From positions 24,605 through 88,604 of the forward strand of contig CAXTMY010000005.1 of NCBI GenBank assembly GCA_964245565.1: DNA of 64,000 nucleotides. The letters run 5' to 3'. Position 1 is the first letter of the stretch, and each line of letters starts with the position of its first letter. Below the pieces are notes generated by a model that did not search any database, had not been told where the DNA came from, and saw only the letters and a program-made list of their open reading frames with translations. The translations under genes were made by a program, and so were the position numbers. The stretch comes from an uncultured Acidobacteriaceae bacterium (GTDB lineage: Bacteria > Acidobacteriota > Terriglobia > Terriglobales > Acidobacteriaceae). Positions 18,669 through 28,201 of the stretch are shown here, in pieces.

Positions 18669-19910
18669 ATGCCTCCGATCGACTCACTCCAGTGCTCCCG
18701 CTGCCACCGGCACACTGCCGCCGGCCAGCCGCAAACCGTCTGCCCGCACTGCGCCGGCGCCCTGTACGTCCGCTACGACATGGAAGCGCTGAAAGCAACG
18801 GCCAGGAAGCCCGCAGCCGCCGCAGCAAGCCTCAAAGACCGCCAGCTCGACGACAGCATGTGGCGCTATCGCGACGTGCTGCCCTCCGCCGAGCCGGTAA
18901 CGCTCGGCGAAGGCTGGACCCCCATGCTTGCCAGCCGCCGCTACCCCAACGTCTGGCTCAAGGAAGAAGCCACCAACCCGACCGGCACCTTCAAGGCGCG
19001 CGGCCTCTCCATGGCCGTCACCATGGCGCGGCACTACGGGCTCAAAAAACTTGCCGTGCCGTCCGCCGGCAACGCCGCAGGCGCGCTCGCCGCATACGCG
19101 GCCGCCGCAGGCATCGAGGCGCACATCTTCATGCCGCGCGACGTGCCCTTCGCCAACTACCTGGAGTGCGTGGCCTACGGCGCGCACACCACCCTGGTCG
19201 ACGGCCTCATCTCCGACTGCGCCCGCATCGTCGCCGAGCGAAAAGATGCCGAGGGCTGGTTCGACATCTCGACCGTGAAAGAGCCCTACCGCGTTGAAGG
19301 CAAGAAAACCATGGGCTATGAGCTGGTGGAGCAGCTCGGCTGGCAGTACCCCGACGCTGTCTTTTACCCGACCGGCGGCGGCGTCGGGCTCATCGGGATG
19401 TGGAAGGCGTTTGACGAGATGGAGCAGCTCGGCTGGGTCTCCGGCCCGCGCCCCAAAATGATTGCGGTGCAAAGCTCAGGCTGCGCGCCGGTCGCCCGCG
19501 CCTTCCAGCAGGGCGAAGCGGCCTCCACGATGTGGCAGGACGCGGCGACCTTCGCCAGCGGCCTGCGTGTGCCGAAGCCCTACGGCGACTACATCATCCT
19601 CGAGATCACGCGCGCCTCCGGCGGCCTCGTCCTCGACTTTCCGGACCAGGAAATCCTGCGCTCGCTTCTGGACTGGTCGAAGCACGAAGGACTGCTGCTC
19701 TCGCCGGAAGGGGCAGCGGCCACGGCGGCCTATGACCACCTGCTGCAAAACGGCTTCCTGACCGAGAGCGATCGCGTCGTGCTCTTCAACACCGGTGCCG
19801 GCCTCAAGTACACCGACCTTACGGCGGAAGCGATGGGGCTTTCCCGTCCCGGCGCAAAGGAGAAGCTGCCCGAGCGCATGCCGGTCGGCGGCATCATTAC
19901 TCCGCAGTGA
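18669..19910 (+). CDS. thrC: Threonine synthase
   Basis: N-terminal CxxC..CxxC, TLGEGWTP, NPTGTFKARG (PLP Lys), SAGNA, PTGGG, NTGAGLKY. Confidence 0.9.
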   Translation: MPPIDSLQCSRCHRHTAAGQPQTVCPHCAGALYVRYDMEALKATARKPAAAAASLKDRQLDDSMWRYRDVLPSAEPVTLGEGWTPMLASRRYPNVWLKEEATNPTGTFKARGLSMAVTMARHYGLKKLAVPSAGNAAGALAAYAAAAGIEAHIFMPRDVPFANYLECVAYGAHTTLVDGLISDCARIVAERKDAEGWFDISTVKEPYRVEGKKTMGYELVEQLGWQYPDAVFYPTGGGVGLIGMWKAFDEMEQLGWVSGPRPKMIAVQSSGCAPVARAFQQGEAASTMWQDAATFASGLRVPKPYGDYIILEITRASGGLVLDFPDQEILRSLLDWSKHEGLLLSPEGAAATAAYDHLLQNGFLTESDRVVLFNTGAGLKYTDLTAEAMGLSRPGAKEKLPERMPVGGIITPQ

Positions 19911-19932
19911 CTTCACCTGCCGGCGCGCGGAT

Positions 19933-20048
19933 TAGAGCATTTTCCCTCCACACGTAGATGGACCAGCACCTATGCGCGTGGCTTTTCCGCCGGGAAAAGC
20001 CACTGGAGCGTGAACTAGGACCTCTACACCAAGAGGGAAAATGCTCTA
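19933..20048. repeat. Family A palindromic repeat (best-preserved copy)
   Basis: Perfect 16-bp terminal inverted repeat TAGAGCATTTTCCCTC/GAGGGAAAATGCTCTA; central GTGGCTTTTCC-GCCG-GGAAAAGCCAC; supplies the TAG stop of the adjacent oxidoreductase. Confidence 0.93.
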
Positions 20049-22979
20049 GCTGCCGAGCCCGCGCGCCAGCACCTCGGCCACGTGCAGCGCCTCGCGGCCC
20101 GTGCCCTGCATAATCTGTTCCCGGCAGGAGAACCCGCCCGACACCACGAAGCTCTCCTTCGCTGTTGCGCGCACCGCCGGAAGCAGAACCCGCTCGCCCA
20201 GCGCCTGCGATACCTCGTACTTCTCCCGCTCAAACCCGAACGGGCCGGCCATGCCGCAGCACCCCGTATCTGGCACAGTCACGGTGCCGCATGCCTGCTC
20301 CAGAAACTCCCGCTCGGCCTTCAGCTTGCCCAGCGCCTTGTGGTGGCAGTGCCCATGCAGCAGCGCCCCGGCTTCGGTCACGCGGCCGGGGCGAAACGCC
20401 GGCGCAAACTCTTTCAGAGCATCGGCGAACAGTCGCGTCTGCGCGGCCAGCCTGCGTGCGCGCGCATCGTCAGGGAAAAAGTTCAGCAGCTCGTCCTGAA
20501 ACACGCTCGCGCAGCTCGGCTCGAGAAACACGAACGGCAGCCCCGCATCGATCTGCGGCGCGAAGCGGTCCAGGATGCCGCGAAGGTACCCGCGCGCCTC
20601 GCTCAGCATGCCGAAGTCGTACAGCGGGCGGCCGCAGCAGGCATGCTGCTTCGGCGTCCACGGCTCCAGCCCCGCGTGCCGCAGCACCTTTTCCGCCGCC
20701 GTAAGCGCGGACGGATGGAAGTAGTTATTCCAGGTGTCGGGCCACAGCACCACCGCTGCGCCGCGGCTTTTGCGATCCCGCGGCAGCCCCCGGGTATAAG
20801 ATCGCGCGGCAAACTGCGGCAGCGTACGCTGGGGCGCAAGATCCAGCAGCCTGCCGGCGAGCGAACGCGCCCCCGGCAGTTTCAGCGACTGGTTCGCCAG
20901 CCTCGGCGCCGCCGACGCCAGCCTCGCCCATTTGTCCAACCGGCCAAAGGCATAGTCGCGCAGCGGATGCGTGTGGGTTTCATAGTAGTGCGCCAGGAAC
21001 TCGGCCTTGTACGTGGCCATATCCACGTTGACCGGGCACTCCGTCTTGCACGCTTTGCAGCTCAGGCACAGGTCCAGCGCTTCCTTTACCGCCTCGTTCG
21101 CAAAGCCGTCCCGCAAGGTATCTTTCTGCATCAGCTCCCACAGCAGGTGCGCGCGGCCCCGCGTGGAGTGCTTCTCCTCGCGCGTGGCCATGTAGCTGGG
21201 ACACATCGTGCCGGCGTCGTCCTTGCGGCACGCGCCCACGCCCACGCAGCGCAGCGTGGCTTCGCCGAACGAGCCCCGGTCCTCGGGGAACGCGAACCAG
21301 GTCTCCGGCTTCGCTGATTTGTAACCGTCACCGAGACGAATGTTTTCAATCGGCGAGTAGACCCGGTCCGGGCTTACCAGCTTGCCCGGGTTCATGCGGT
21401 TCTCCGGATCCCACAGGCGCTTGAACTCGCGGAAAGCCTCCATGATGCGCGGCCCGAACATCTTCGGCAGCAGCTCGGCCCGGGACTGTCCATCGCCATG
21501 CTCGCCCGAAAGCGAACCGCCCAGCGCCAGCACGATGTCCGCCGCCTGGTCGATGAACGCGCGGTACTTGCGCAGACCCTCCGCGCTTTCCATGTCGAAG
21601 TTGAACCGCATGTGAATGCAGCCCTGGCCGAAATGTCCATACATCGGCGTGTGATAGTCGTAGCGCTCCATCAGCGCCTGGAGCTGCCGCAGGTAGCTGC
21701 CCAGCTTTTCCGGCGGGACCGCCGCGTCTTCCCAACCCTCCCAGCGATGCGGCTCGCCGGGCACAAAAACAGTAGCACCGAGCGCCTGTTCCCGGACCTT
21801 CCAGACCTGCGCCGCCTGTTCGCCCTGGTAGCGGCAGGCATCATTAATGCGGCCCGTGCTTTTTGCCTCTGCTACAAAGCGTTGCGCCTGCTCCTCGGCG
21901 TCCTCCGCCGTGTCCGCTCCGAACTCGACCAGCAGATAGCCGCCGCAATCTTTCGGCAGCAGCTCGAGCTCGGCGAGCGAAAGCCGCTTGCGCCGCATGA
22001 GCTCGATCAGCATTTCGTCGAAGCCTTCAAGACCGATCGGCTTCCACTCAAGAATCCACGGCACCTCGTCCGCCGCGGCAAACGTATCCTCGAAGCCGAG
22101 CACGACCAGCTGCCGATGTTGCGGGCTCGGCACCAGGCGCAGCGTTGCCGCCAGAACGGTAACGCAGGTGCTCTCCGAGCCGACCAGCGCGCGCGCCACG
22201 TTGCAGCCGTTCTCCGGCAGCAGCTGGTCGAGGTTGTAGCCTGAAACTCTGCGCGGAATCTTCGGAAAGCGCGCGCGGATCTCGTCCGCATATGCGTCGC
22301 GCAGCCGCTTCAGCCCAGCGTAAATCTCTCCGCGCCGTCCGCCCGCGCGAATCACCCGTTCGAGTTCCTCGTCGCTTGTCGGTCCCACCTGCAGGCGCGT
22401 GCCGTCGTACAGCAGAACATCGAGCGCCTCGATGTTGTCCGAGGTGAGTCCGCCGATCAGCCCATGTGTGCCACAGCTGTTGTTACCGATCATGCCGCCG
22501 AGGGTGCAGCGCGAGTGGGTCGCCGGGTCGGGCGCGAAAGTCAGCTTATGCTGCTCGGCCGCTTCGCGCACCCGGTCCAGCACCACGCCCGGCTCCACCA
22601 CCGCGCGCCGCGCTTCACCGTCCACTGAAATTATCCGCCGCATGTATTTCGAGTAGTCGAAGACAACGGCTTCATTGCAGGTTTGCCCGGCGAGGCTTGT
22701 GCCGCCGCCGCGCGCGAGCACCGGCGCGCCGTGTTGGCGGCACACCTGCATGGCCGCGATCACATCGTCCGCATCCCGCGGAACGACCAGGCCGATCGGC
22801 ACCTGCCGGTAGTTCGAGGCGTCGGTCGCGTACAGCGCGCGCGCCCCGTCATCGAAGCGGACTTCGCCCTGCACTGCGCGCGCCAGGGCCTCGCGCAGGA
22901 CATCGCGCCGCGAAGGCACAAAGCCTGCGGGCGAATGGCTGCCGTTGCTTTGCAGTATCGGAAAGTTGGGGGAGTTCAC
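20046..22979 (-). CDS. FAD-binding and Fe-S-binding oxidoreductase (YdiJ/GlcD-GlcF fusion type)
   Basis: RGGGTSLAGQ, GGMIGNNSCG, SGEHGDG, MNPGK, CVGVGAC, CLSCKAC..ECP, CCG motifs. Confidence 0.92.
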   Translation of the reverse strand: MNSPNFPILQSNGSHSPAGFVPSRRDVLREALARAVQGEVRFDDGARALYATDASNYRQVPIGLVVPRDADDVIAAMQVCRQHGAPVLARGGGTSLAGQTCNEAVVFDYSKYMRRIISVDGEARRAVVEPGVVLDRVREAAEQHKLTFAPDPATHSRCTLGGMIGNNSCGTHGLIGGLTSDNIEALDVLLYDGTRLQVGPTSDEELERVIRAGGRRGEIYAGLKRLRDAYADEIRARFPKIPRRVSGYNLDQLLPENGCNVARALVGSESTCVTVLAATLRLVPSPQHRQLVVLGFEDTFAAADEVPWILEWKPIGLEGFDEMLIELMRRKRLSLAELELLPKDCGGYLLVEFGADTAEDAEEQAQRFVAEAKSTGRINDACRYQGEQAAQVWKVREQALGATVFVPGEPHRWEGWEDAAVPPEKLGSYLRQLQALMERYDYHTPMYGHFGQGCIHMRFNFDMESAEGLRKYRAFIDQAADIVLALGGSLSGEHGDGQSRAELLPKMFGPRIMEAFREFKRLWDPENRMNPGKLVSPDRVYSPIENIRLGDGYKSAKPETWFAFPEDRGSFGEATLRCVGVGACRKDDAGTMCPSYMATREEKHSTRGRAHLLWELMQKDTLRDGFANEAVKEALDLCLSCKACKTECPVNVDMATYKAEFLAHYYETHTHPLRDYAFGRLDKWARLASAAPRLANQSLKLPGARSLAGRLLDLAPQRTLPQFAARSYTRGLPRDRKSRGAAVVLWPDTWNNYFHPSALTAAEKVLRHAGLEPWTPKQHACCGRPLYDFGMLSEARGYLRGILDRFAPQIDAGLPFVFLEPSCASVFQDELLNFFPDDARARRLAAQTRLFADALKEFAPAFRPGRVTEAGALLHGHCHHKALGKLKAEREFLEQACGTVTVPDTGCCGMAGPFGFEREKYEVSQALGERVLLPAVRATAKESFVVSGGFSCREQIMQGTGREALHVAEVLARGLGS

Positions 22980-23068
22980 GCGCTGATGGTAACAGCGGTT
23001 TCGGCGCGATCAACCGGTCATCAGCAAACAATCCGCAAGCTGTTCTGATGCGGCAGCTGACGTGCCGG

Positions 23069-23641
23069 TCAGCGCGAGGGCCACTCGTTCACCACAACGT
23101 CGAGATCGTTCAGCATCGCGATCACCGCCTCCACGTTCCGGCGCATCTGCGGGCGCTCCCGGCGCGGCGTCGCAGGATCTTCATCGACGGCGACGACGCG
23201 CCCGTACCCCCAGCTCGACTCAGGCAGCGCGGCAAGCGCTTCCGGCAGGTCGATGAGCCGGACGGTAAGCTCGCGTTTGTTGCCGGCCACAGCCCGCAGT
23301 TTTTCGCCCGGCAGCACATTGTTCGGCAGGGTGTCGCCGGGTTCCGTGTCAACCACGCGCAGCGTAATCGTCCTGCGCCCGACAATCAGGAACGGATTGT
23401 TCCAGCCTTCCATCGAGTGCACCTGCAGGTAGCGCCCCTTGGCCGGCGGCGGCAGCTGGGCCAGCTGGCTCTCGGCGGCATGCACGCCTTTGCGGGCCGC
23501 AATCGCCTCATCCGCCAGCTCCTGCTTCTGCGCCGCGGCCTGCGCGGCTGCGGCCTTGTCCTGCTCGGTGGCATGCTCGGTGCAGCCGGCCAGCACCAGC
23601 ACTCCACAAAGAAATACCCAGTAGAAACGTGTCCTCTTCAT
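23069..23641 (-). CDS. Hypothetical lipoprotein
   Basis: Lipobox VLAGC; start overlaps the nusB stop. Confidence 0.72.
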   Translation of the reverse strand: MKRTRFYWVFLCGVLVLAGCTEHATEQDKAAAAQAAAQKQELADEAIAARKGVHAAESQLAQLPPPAKGRYLQVHSMEGWNNPFLIVGRRTITLRVVDTEPGDTLPNNVLPGEKLRAVAGNKRELTVRLIDLPEALAALPESSWGYGRVVAVDEDPATPRRERPQMRRNVEAVIAMLNDLDVVVNEWPSR

Positions 23642-24093
23642 CACCCGCGCCGCCGATCCGCAGGTTCCCATGCCTCGCGACGCGAGCGCGCCACCGCGTC
23701 AAGCACACCATTCAAAAAATTAATCGACTCCGGGCCGGAGTAGCGCCGGGCAATTTCCAGCGCCTCGTTAATGACAATGGGCGCAGGCGTCGCACCGAAG
23801 CCGAGCATCTCGGCGACAGCCATCTTCAACACGCTGCGGTCCACCGCCGGCATACGCTCCATGCGCCAGTTCTGCGCATGCTTCGTAATCAGCTCGGCGA
23901 TCTCTTCCTCGCGCACATTGGCCACGCGATACAGGTCTTCGGCAAAGCCGCGGATGTCCGGTTCCACAGCATCGCGCGCCTCCCAGAATGTCTTGCGCAC
24001 CTGCTCAGGAGACTGCTTCCCCACATCAGCCTGGAACAGCATCTGCATGGCAAGCTCGCGGCTTTTGCGACGCTTGCCGACAGGCGCGCTCAC
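23641..24093 (-). CDS. nusB: Transcription antitermination factor NusB
   Basis: RRKSRELAMQMLFQ, NWRMERMPAVDR, INEALEIA, FLNGVLD; follows ribH. Confidence 0.96.
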   Translation of the reverse strand: MSAPVGKRRKSRELAMQMLFQADVGKQSPEQVRKTFWEARDAVEPDIRGFAEDLYRVANVREEEIAELITKHAQNWRMERMPAVDRSVLKMAVAEMLGFGATPAPIVINEALEIARRYSGPESINFLNGVLDAVARSRREAWEPADRRRG

Positions 24094-24962
24094 TGCGCGG
24101 CTCCGGCGAGCTTGCGGTGCAGAGACACCATCTCGATTGCCGCCGATGCCGCCTCAAAGCCCTTGTTCCCGGCCTTCAGCCCGGCCCGGTCCAGCGCCTG
24201 CTCCAGCGTCTCGCAGGTCAGCACGCCAAATGCGTGCGGAATCCCGGTTTCCTGCTGGCTTTGGCCGATTCCCCGCGAAACCTCGTTGTAAATCGCTTCG
24301 TAATGCGCTGTTTCGCCGCGCAGCAGCACCCCCAGCGTCACAATCCCGTCCACCCGGCCTGTGTTTGCCAGGGCGCGCGCAGCGTCAGGGATCTCCCATG
24401 CGCCGGGCACCCGCACAATCTCGATATCTTCGCGCCGCGCGCCCGAGCGCAGCAGGCAATCCATCGCGCCCTGCAGCAGCCGATCCGTAATCACCGCGTT
24501 CCAGCGCGCCACCACAATCGCGAACCGCATGCCGGTCGCGACCAGGTCGCCTTCCATCCCCACCGGCTTGTTCTTGAGCGGCTCGGCCCACTCCCAGAAC
24601 GCGATCAATACTCCAGGCGCGGGGGTCGCGGTAAACAGCTCCGTCTTCCACTCGGTCGGGGCAATCGCGCTCAGCTGCGAAGCCAGCTCGTCCGCGGCTG
24701 CGCCGTTCGCCCGCAGCCATGCCTCCGCCGCATCGCGAACCGCGCCCAGCTGGGTCACTTCCACCAGCAGGTCTGCCGGGGTATCAACTCTTCCGTCCAG
24801 CCACTCAACCAAACCAACCGGAGCTCTGAAGCTTGCGGCTCGGCTCCCTGCATTCTCCCAGCCCGGGCCCGGTTCAAGGCCCATTGCGCCAAAGAAGCTC
24901 TGCACCCGTTCATACTCCGCGGGGGTGCTTGCCGAACGCAGAAAAGTGAGCCCCTTGATCAT
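24090..24962 (-). CDS. ribH: Lumazine synthase with an N-terminal ~130-aa VOC/glyoxalase-like extension
   Basis: C-terminal half has AIVVARWN, VPGAWEIP, LLRGETAHY, FGVLT, QALDRAG, NKG. A single uninterrupted 290-aa ORF. Confidence 0.93.
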   Translation of the reverse strand: MIKGLTFLRSASTPAEYERVQSFFGAMGLEPGPGWENAGSRAASFRAPVGLVEWLDGRVDTPADLLVEVTQLGAVRDAAEAWLRANGAAADELASQLSAIAPTEWKTELFTATPAPGVLIAFWEWAEPLKNKPVGMEGDLVATGMRFAIVVARWNAVITDRLLQGAMDCLLRSGARREDIEIVRVPGAWEIPDAARALANTGRVDGIVTLGVLLRGETAHYEAIYNEVSRGIGQSQQETGIPHAFGVLTCETLEQALDRAGLKAGNKGFEAASAAIEMVSLHRKLAGAAQ

Positions 24963-25013
24963 CCTTTCAAGATACCAGCAGCGGCTCCTGCCGGAAGCAG
25001 CGCGACGCCTCGC

Positions 25014-25949
25014 TCAAGGGCCGAGCTGTTCGCGCCCCAGCGCCTCGAGGTCCCGCTCGCCATGGCACTGGCGCAGGTACAGGTCCAGCTCCTGGTAGCG
25101 GTCCGCGACCGCTTCGTCCATGGCCAGCGGAGCCGGCCCATACGCCCGCGCAAACCGGCGCAGCACATCGGTACAGGCCTGCTCGGCCAGGTGCCGCACG
25201 GTAAGCGCACGCATCTGGGCGCCGCGGCTCGTGTCCTCGCCCGCATCCATCTCGCGGCCGGCGGTGTCAAAGATTGCGTGCAATGCCCAAACGGCTGCGC
25301 GCATCGCCCCCAGGTGCGCCAGCGTATGCGCATCGGCGCGCTGCTGCGCGAGCGCCGCATCCACCAGGCCTTCCGCGCCGCCGGCCCAGCAGGCGGCCGG
25401 CCCGCAGGCCCCATGCCAGAAGCCAATCCGGCGCAGGTACCAACCAGGCTCCCCGATCAGATCCCCTCCCGCTACGGGAACTCCATCGAACACCGCTGCC
25501 GCGGTGCGGGTCTCGGCAAACGCCTTCACTTTCCACGCAGAGTGGTCAAAGCCAATGCGTTCAGCGTGGCTGCGGAGGTCCAGGTCGATCAGCTGCGGCT
25601 CCGGCTCGCAGGCGGTGACGAGCGCGCGATCGACCAGGCCGGCGCCGCTCAGGAACCGCTTCGTGCCGTGCAGCACAAATCCCTGTGCGGCGCTTTCAAG
25701 CCGCACAGCCTGACCCGGAATCTGCGACGCCCACACCCCGTAGAGCGCACCCGGCACAGGCTGCCGGCCTGCTTCCGCCAGGATCGCCACGGCATCCCAG
25801 TGCGCCTCGGCCAGCCGGGCGAGCGAGAGGTCTTCACGCCCGGCCGCAATGAGCCGGCGATGCCGCAGCGGTGTCTCGCCCGCGCCGGGCAGCGGCATGG
25901 GCTCGGCGACCAGCACGCGCAAACGCCGCACCAGCTGCTCGCCGGTCAC
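25014..25949 (-). CDS. Acyl-CoA dehydrogenase-like protein
   Basis: DLSLARLAEAHWDAVAIL, LHGTKRFLSGA, GWYLRRIGFWHG, AACWAGGA, LYLRQCH. GTG start overlaps the upstream TGA. Confidence 0.75.
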   Translation of the reverse strand: MTGEQLVRRLRVLVAEPMPLPGAGETPLRHRRLIAAGREDLSLARLAEAHWDAVAILAEAGRQPVPGALYGVWASQIPGQAVRLESAAQGFVLHGTKRFLSGAGLVDRALVTACEPEPQLIDLDLRSHAERIGFDHSAWKVKAFAETRTAAAVFDGVPVAGGDLIGEPGWYLRRIGFWHGACGPAACWAGGAEGLVDAALAQQRADAHTLAHLGAMRAAVWALHAIFDTAGREMDAGEDTSRGAQMRALTVRHLAEQACTDVLRRFARAYGPAPLAMDEAVADRYQELDLYLRQCHGERDLEALGREQLGP

Positions 25950-26671
25950 AGCGCGGCCTCGTTGTGCGCGGCCAGCGCCTGGGCAAAGCCGGCCGGGGCG
26001 CGGCCTGTCCGGCGGCCGCTCGTCAGCACGCGGGTCCGGTTGGTTGAAATCCTTCGCGCTCCGGTCAGTCGAAGCCGCGCCCACAGGTCATGGTCTTCGG
26101 CCGAGGCCAGGCCGCCCCATCCACCGGCCCGCAGGTAGGCATCGGCGCGCACACCCAGGTTCGCCCCATGCACGTGCGGGTGGCTGCCGTCGGCTGCGAT
26201 CGGGTAGGTCGCGCGAAAGCGCTGCTCCACGCAGGCGCTATGACCGGCAAACGAGTCCACGTCGACTGTCCCCGCGATGGCTTCAGCGTTCTGTTCCGCG
26301 GCCAGGGTTAACTGCTCGACAAGCCAGTGCCGGGGCACGCAGCAGTCGGCATCGGTATTCGCCAGCCAGCAGCGGTTTACGTGCCGCGCCGAGCCTGCGG
26401 AATAACGGGCCAGGGCTGTCTCGGCCGCCGCAGCCCGTGCCCGGCCGACCAGCCCATCGGTGATCCTCGCGACGGTGCCATGCCCGCAGAGAATGCTTTC
26501 CGCGATCTGCGCGGTCCGGTCAGTCGAGCTGTCGGCGACAACCACAATATCGAAAGTCACCCCAGGCGGTAGCGCGGCAGCCGCCTGCGCGACCGAGTCG
26601 AGGCAGCGGCCCAGCAGCAACTCTTCATTGCGAGCCGGGATCAGCACCGCCACATGCCATCCGCCGGTCAC
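25946..26671 (-). CDS. GT2 family glycosyltransferase
   Basis: VLIPARNEE, ADSSTDRT, ANTDAD, HVHGANLG, EDHDL. Confidence 0.88.
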   Translation of the reverse strand: MTGGWHVAVLIPARNEELLLGRCLDSVAQAAAALPPGVTFDIVVVADSSTDRTAQIAESILCGHGTVARITDGLVGRARAAAAETALARYSAGSARHVNRCWLANTDADCCVPRHWLVEQLTLAAEQNAEAIAGTVDVDSFAGHSACVEQRFRATYPIAADGSHPHVHGANLGVRADAYLRAGGWGGLASAEDHDLWARLRLTGARRISTNRTRVLTSGRRTGRAPAGFAQALAAHNEAAL

Positions 26672-27267
26672 AATCGCACCCAGCGGTCAAGCAGAAAGCC
26701 CCGCTCGCCCTGTCCGTGGCGCTCGCGGTGCTCATGCCGCAGCCCCTGGGCCTGGCGCAGAACCGCATGTACCTGCTCGCCGCCCAGCACGTGGTCCGGG
26801 GAGCAGCCCAGCCAGTGCGCTGCCAGCAGAACGCCGCCCATCTCCAACTGCCGCACCAGCGCGTCCGCAAGCGCTGCCAGCTTTTCTTCAGCAAAGTAGT
26901 AGCCGATCTCGCTCAGCACAATCAGGTCAAAAACGCCATCGCCCGCAATCTCCGGGAAGGCCCCGCAGCGTACATGCACATTCTCGAGGTGCAGGCACCG
27001 CGCGCGCGCGCGGTCTACCGCGGCCGGTGCTATGTCCATCGCTTCCACCCGGCCGCACAGGCCGGCAAGCCGCTCTGTGAGCACGCCGATGGAGCAGCCC
27101 GGCTCGAAACACCGCCGGTACTGCCGCGGCCCGAGCGCCCGCAGAATCGCGTCATAGCGCGACTGCTCATAGGGGTCGGCCGCGAAGTTCCACGGGTCCG
27201 GGCTCCGTCGGTACTTGCGATCGAAGAAGACCCGGCTGGTCGTGTTTGGAGTCGTTTGCTGGCTCAT
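26668..27267 (-). CDS. NodS-like SAM-dependent methyltransferase
   Basis: DPW..YE, FEPGCSIG, FDLIVLSEIGYY, AAHW. Confidence 0.85.
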   Translation of the reverse strand: MSQQTTPNTTSRVFFDRKYRRSPDPWNFAADPYEQSRYDAILRALGPRQYRRCFEPGCSIGVLTERLAGLCGRVEAMDIAPAAVDRARARCLHLENVHVRCGAFPEIAGDGVFDLIVLSEIGYYFAEEKLAALADALVRQLEMGGVLLAAHWLGCSPDHVLGGEQVHAVLRQAQGLRHEHRERHGQGERGFLLDRWVRL

Positions 27268-27968
27268 GCCGCGGCAAAGACCTCGTAACGCCGCCGCGCC
27301 GGCGCCAGCAGACGCTCCGGCAGCACCGGCTCTCCGCCGTCGCGCTCGAGCTGCGAGCGGTGACACGCGAGCGCCTCTGTCTTCGCGCGGAAAACATCGT
27401 TTGCAAGAGAAAACCGGCGCAGCGCCAGGTTCGCAAGCGTGGCAGGCGTACCCTGGTGCCAGCTCCAGAAGAAATAAGCCGTCAGCCGCGCCCCGGCTTC
27501 TCGCGCCGCCTGCTCCGCCGCGCGGCCGCACGCTTCGTGGTCGGGGTGGAAATCGCCCCGCCAGGGTGCGATCAGGTGCGTGTTCCGGTCGACGACCGCC
27601 CGAAGCCGCTCCACCAGCTCCGGCTCATGCCCGGCAACATTGCTGTCGGGCAGGCCCAGGCGCACAATCTGGTCCTCGCTGACGCCCAGGAGTCCGAGTG
27701 CCCGCGTCTGCTCGACTCGGCGGCCGGCACCCAGCTCTGCGCTTTGCTGCGCGCTCTGCCCGGCATAGGCGTTTTCGCCGTCCGTCACGGCCAGCACCTT
27801 CACGGCAACGTTCTGTTGCCGCAACCACGCGACCAGGCCGCCTGCGCCCAGCGTCTCGTCGTCGGGATGCGGCGCGACCAGAACCACCGGTCCGCTGCCC
27901 GGAGCAAACGCGGGCAGATCATCGAGTGCAGCGGTCCATTCTGTTTCGGTTGCGACCTGCACAATCAC
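27264..27968 (-). CDS. PIG-L/LmbE family deacetylase
   Basis: VAPHPDDETLG, TDGE, RRVEQ, HPDH, HRSQL. GTG start inferred from a GAGG RBS. Confidence 0.88.
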   Translation of the reverse strand: MIVQVATETEWTAALDDLPAFAPGSGPVVLVAPHPDDETLGAGGLVAWLRQQNVAVKVLAVTDGENAYAGQSAQQSAELGAGRRVEQTRALGLLGVSEDQIVRLGLPDSNVAGHEPELVERLRAVVDRNTHLIAPWRGDFHPDHEACGRAAEQAAREAGARLTAYFFWSWHQGTPATLANLALRRFSLANDVFRAKTEALACHRSQLERDGGEPVLPERLLAPARRRYEVFAAA

Positions 27969-28201
27969 TTTGTCAACCTCGTTTCCATTTTCAAGGGCGC
28001 GCCGGCAGGCATGGCGCAATCTCCCGGAACTGTGATGCCTGCCCGGCCGCACCGGGCTTCCGGCTTTCTCCGCTGCTGCCGTTCACCCGATCAATCTCAA
28101 CCGCTTTCGGCGGTTTGGGGCGCAACTGCTTTGAAATGCAGCATCTTGCGTAACCGGCGCTTGGCTCATCCCGGTAGTTTCGCGTTACCATCTCCACATC
28201 T

